Assembly (NCBI GenBank): GCA_044222475.1
Contig: JBGANF010000162.1
Span: 1-15,870 of the forward strand
Length of the DNA stretch: 15,870 nucleotides
Reading direction: 5' to 3'
Origin: Polyangiaceae bacterium
Lineage (GTDB): Bacteria; Myxococcota_A; Polyangia; Polyangiales; Polyangiaceae
The translations under genes and the position numbers were made by a program. Within the stretch, counting starts at the first letter, position 1, and every line of letters begins with the position of its first letter. Under the pieces are notes generated by a model. That model was not told the DNA's origin. It was given only the letters and a program-made list of their open reading frames with translations, and made no database searches. Positions 15,310-15,870 of the stretch are shown here, in pieces.

Positions 15310-15717
15310 TCAGCGCCGGCCTTTGCCGCCGCCCTTGCCTTCGCTCAGCTCCGCCGGCAGCTCGAACTCGGCGTCGATGCGACCCGCGAACTCCGCGCCC
15401 TCTTCGAGCGAGATGCTCGACCCTTTGAGGTCGCCCTTCACCTTCGCGCTCGCCGCGAGGTGGACCGGACCACTGCAGACCACGTTGCCCTCGATCGCGC
15501 CGGCGATCGTGGCTTCGTCGGCCGTCACCTCGTCGGCGGTGACCTCGCCGCCTTCGCCGACGACGAGGCGCCCGCGGACGCCGACCGCGCCGTCGACGCG
15601 GCCGAGGATCGTGAGGTCGCCCTCGCCGGCGACGCGACCGCGAACGCGGACGCTCGCCCCGAGAACGGCGGGCGAACCGGAGCGAGAAGCCGAAGGCCTG
15701 GTCTTGAGCTGAGCCAT
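15310..15717 (-). CDS. bacN: Bactofilin (BacN-like)
   Basis: VLGASVRVRGRVAGEGDLTILGRVDG...LEEGAEFAGRIDAEFELP. ATG 15717 is preferred because ATG 15765 overlaps the upstream gene's end. Confidence 0.85.
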   Translation of the reverse strand: MAQLKTRPSASRSGSPAVLGASVRVRGRVAGEGDLTILGRVDGAVGVRGRLVVGEGGEVTADEVTADEATIAGAIEGNVVCSGPVHLAASAKVKGDLKGSSISLEEGAEFAGRIDAEFELPAELSEGKGGGKGRR

Positions 15718-15751
15718 CGCGACGGGACCGTAACCGAAGTGGCGGGGCGTG

Positions 15752-15870
15752 TCACCCCTCGCCATCGACCTCGTCTTCGTCGTCGTCGGTGTCGCGCTGG
15801 CGCGGCAAATTCACGCGATCGCCGATGACGTAGAGCGGGCGCCGTTTCACCTCTTCGTAGATGCGGCCGA
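15752..15870 (-). CDS. C-terminus of a GT2 polyprenol-phosphate glycosyltransferase (GtrB/ArnC-like), partial
   Basis: Hand translation GRIYEEVKRRPLYVIGDRVNLPRQRDTDDDEDEVDGEG-stop; GRIYxEVKxRPLY is the characteristic tail of this family. Confidence 0.8.
   Translation of the reverse strand, partial: GRIYEEVKRRPLYVIGDRVNLPRQRDTDDDEDEVDGEG

Overview
High-GC, gene-dense chromosomal segment. It is most likely from a myxobacterium (Polyangia/Sorangiineae-like); this is inferred from a bacNOP-type bactofilin trio, Hanks-type kinases and Cys-rich lipoproteins. Left to right: a site-2 (M50) intramembrane protease, an orphan FliH/SctL-like gene and a small ORF (all minus); a tightly coupled plus-strand operon encoding a SulP/SLC26 transporter fused to a gamma-class (Cam/CcmM-like) carbonic anhydrase with no STAS domain, followed by two SPFH/band-7 proteins; an MBL-fold hydrolase; a Cys-motif protein; an ERp19/AGR-like thioredoxin lipoprotein; a thiolase; two tandem zinc-ribbon Ser/Thr kinases; a PEP-synthase/PPDK regulatory protein; three small hypothetical membrane or lipoprotein genes; pyrE; three bactofilins without an adjacent padC; and the 3' end of a GT2 glycosyltransferase. 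No RNA genes, CRISPR arrays or mobile elements were seen. The best candidate for an undescribed system is the SulP-gammaCA + SPFH + SPFH operon, a putative scaffolded bicarbonate/CO2-handling membrane complex. All calls come from motif recognition by eye, with no database search.
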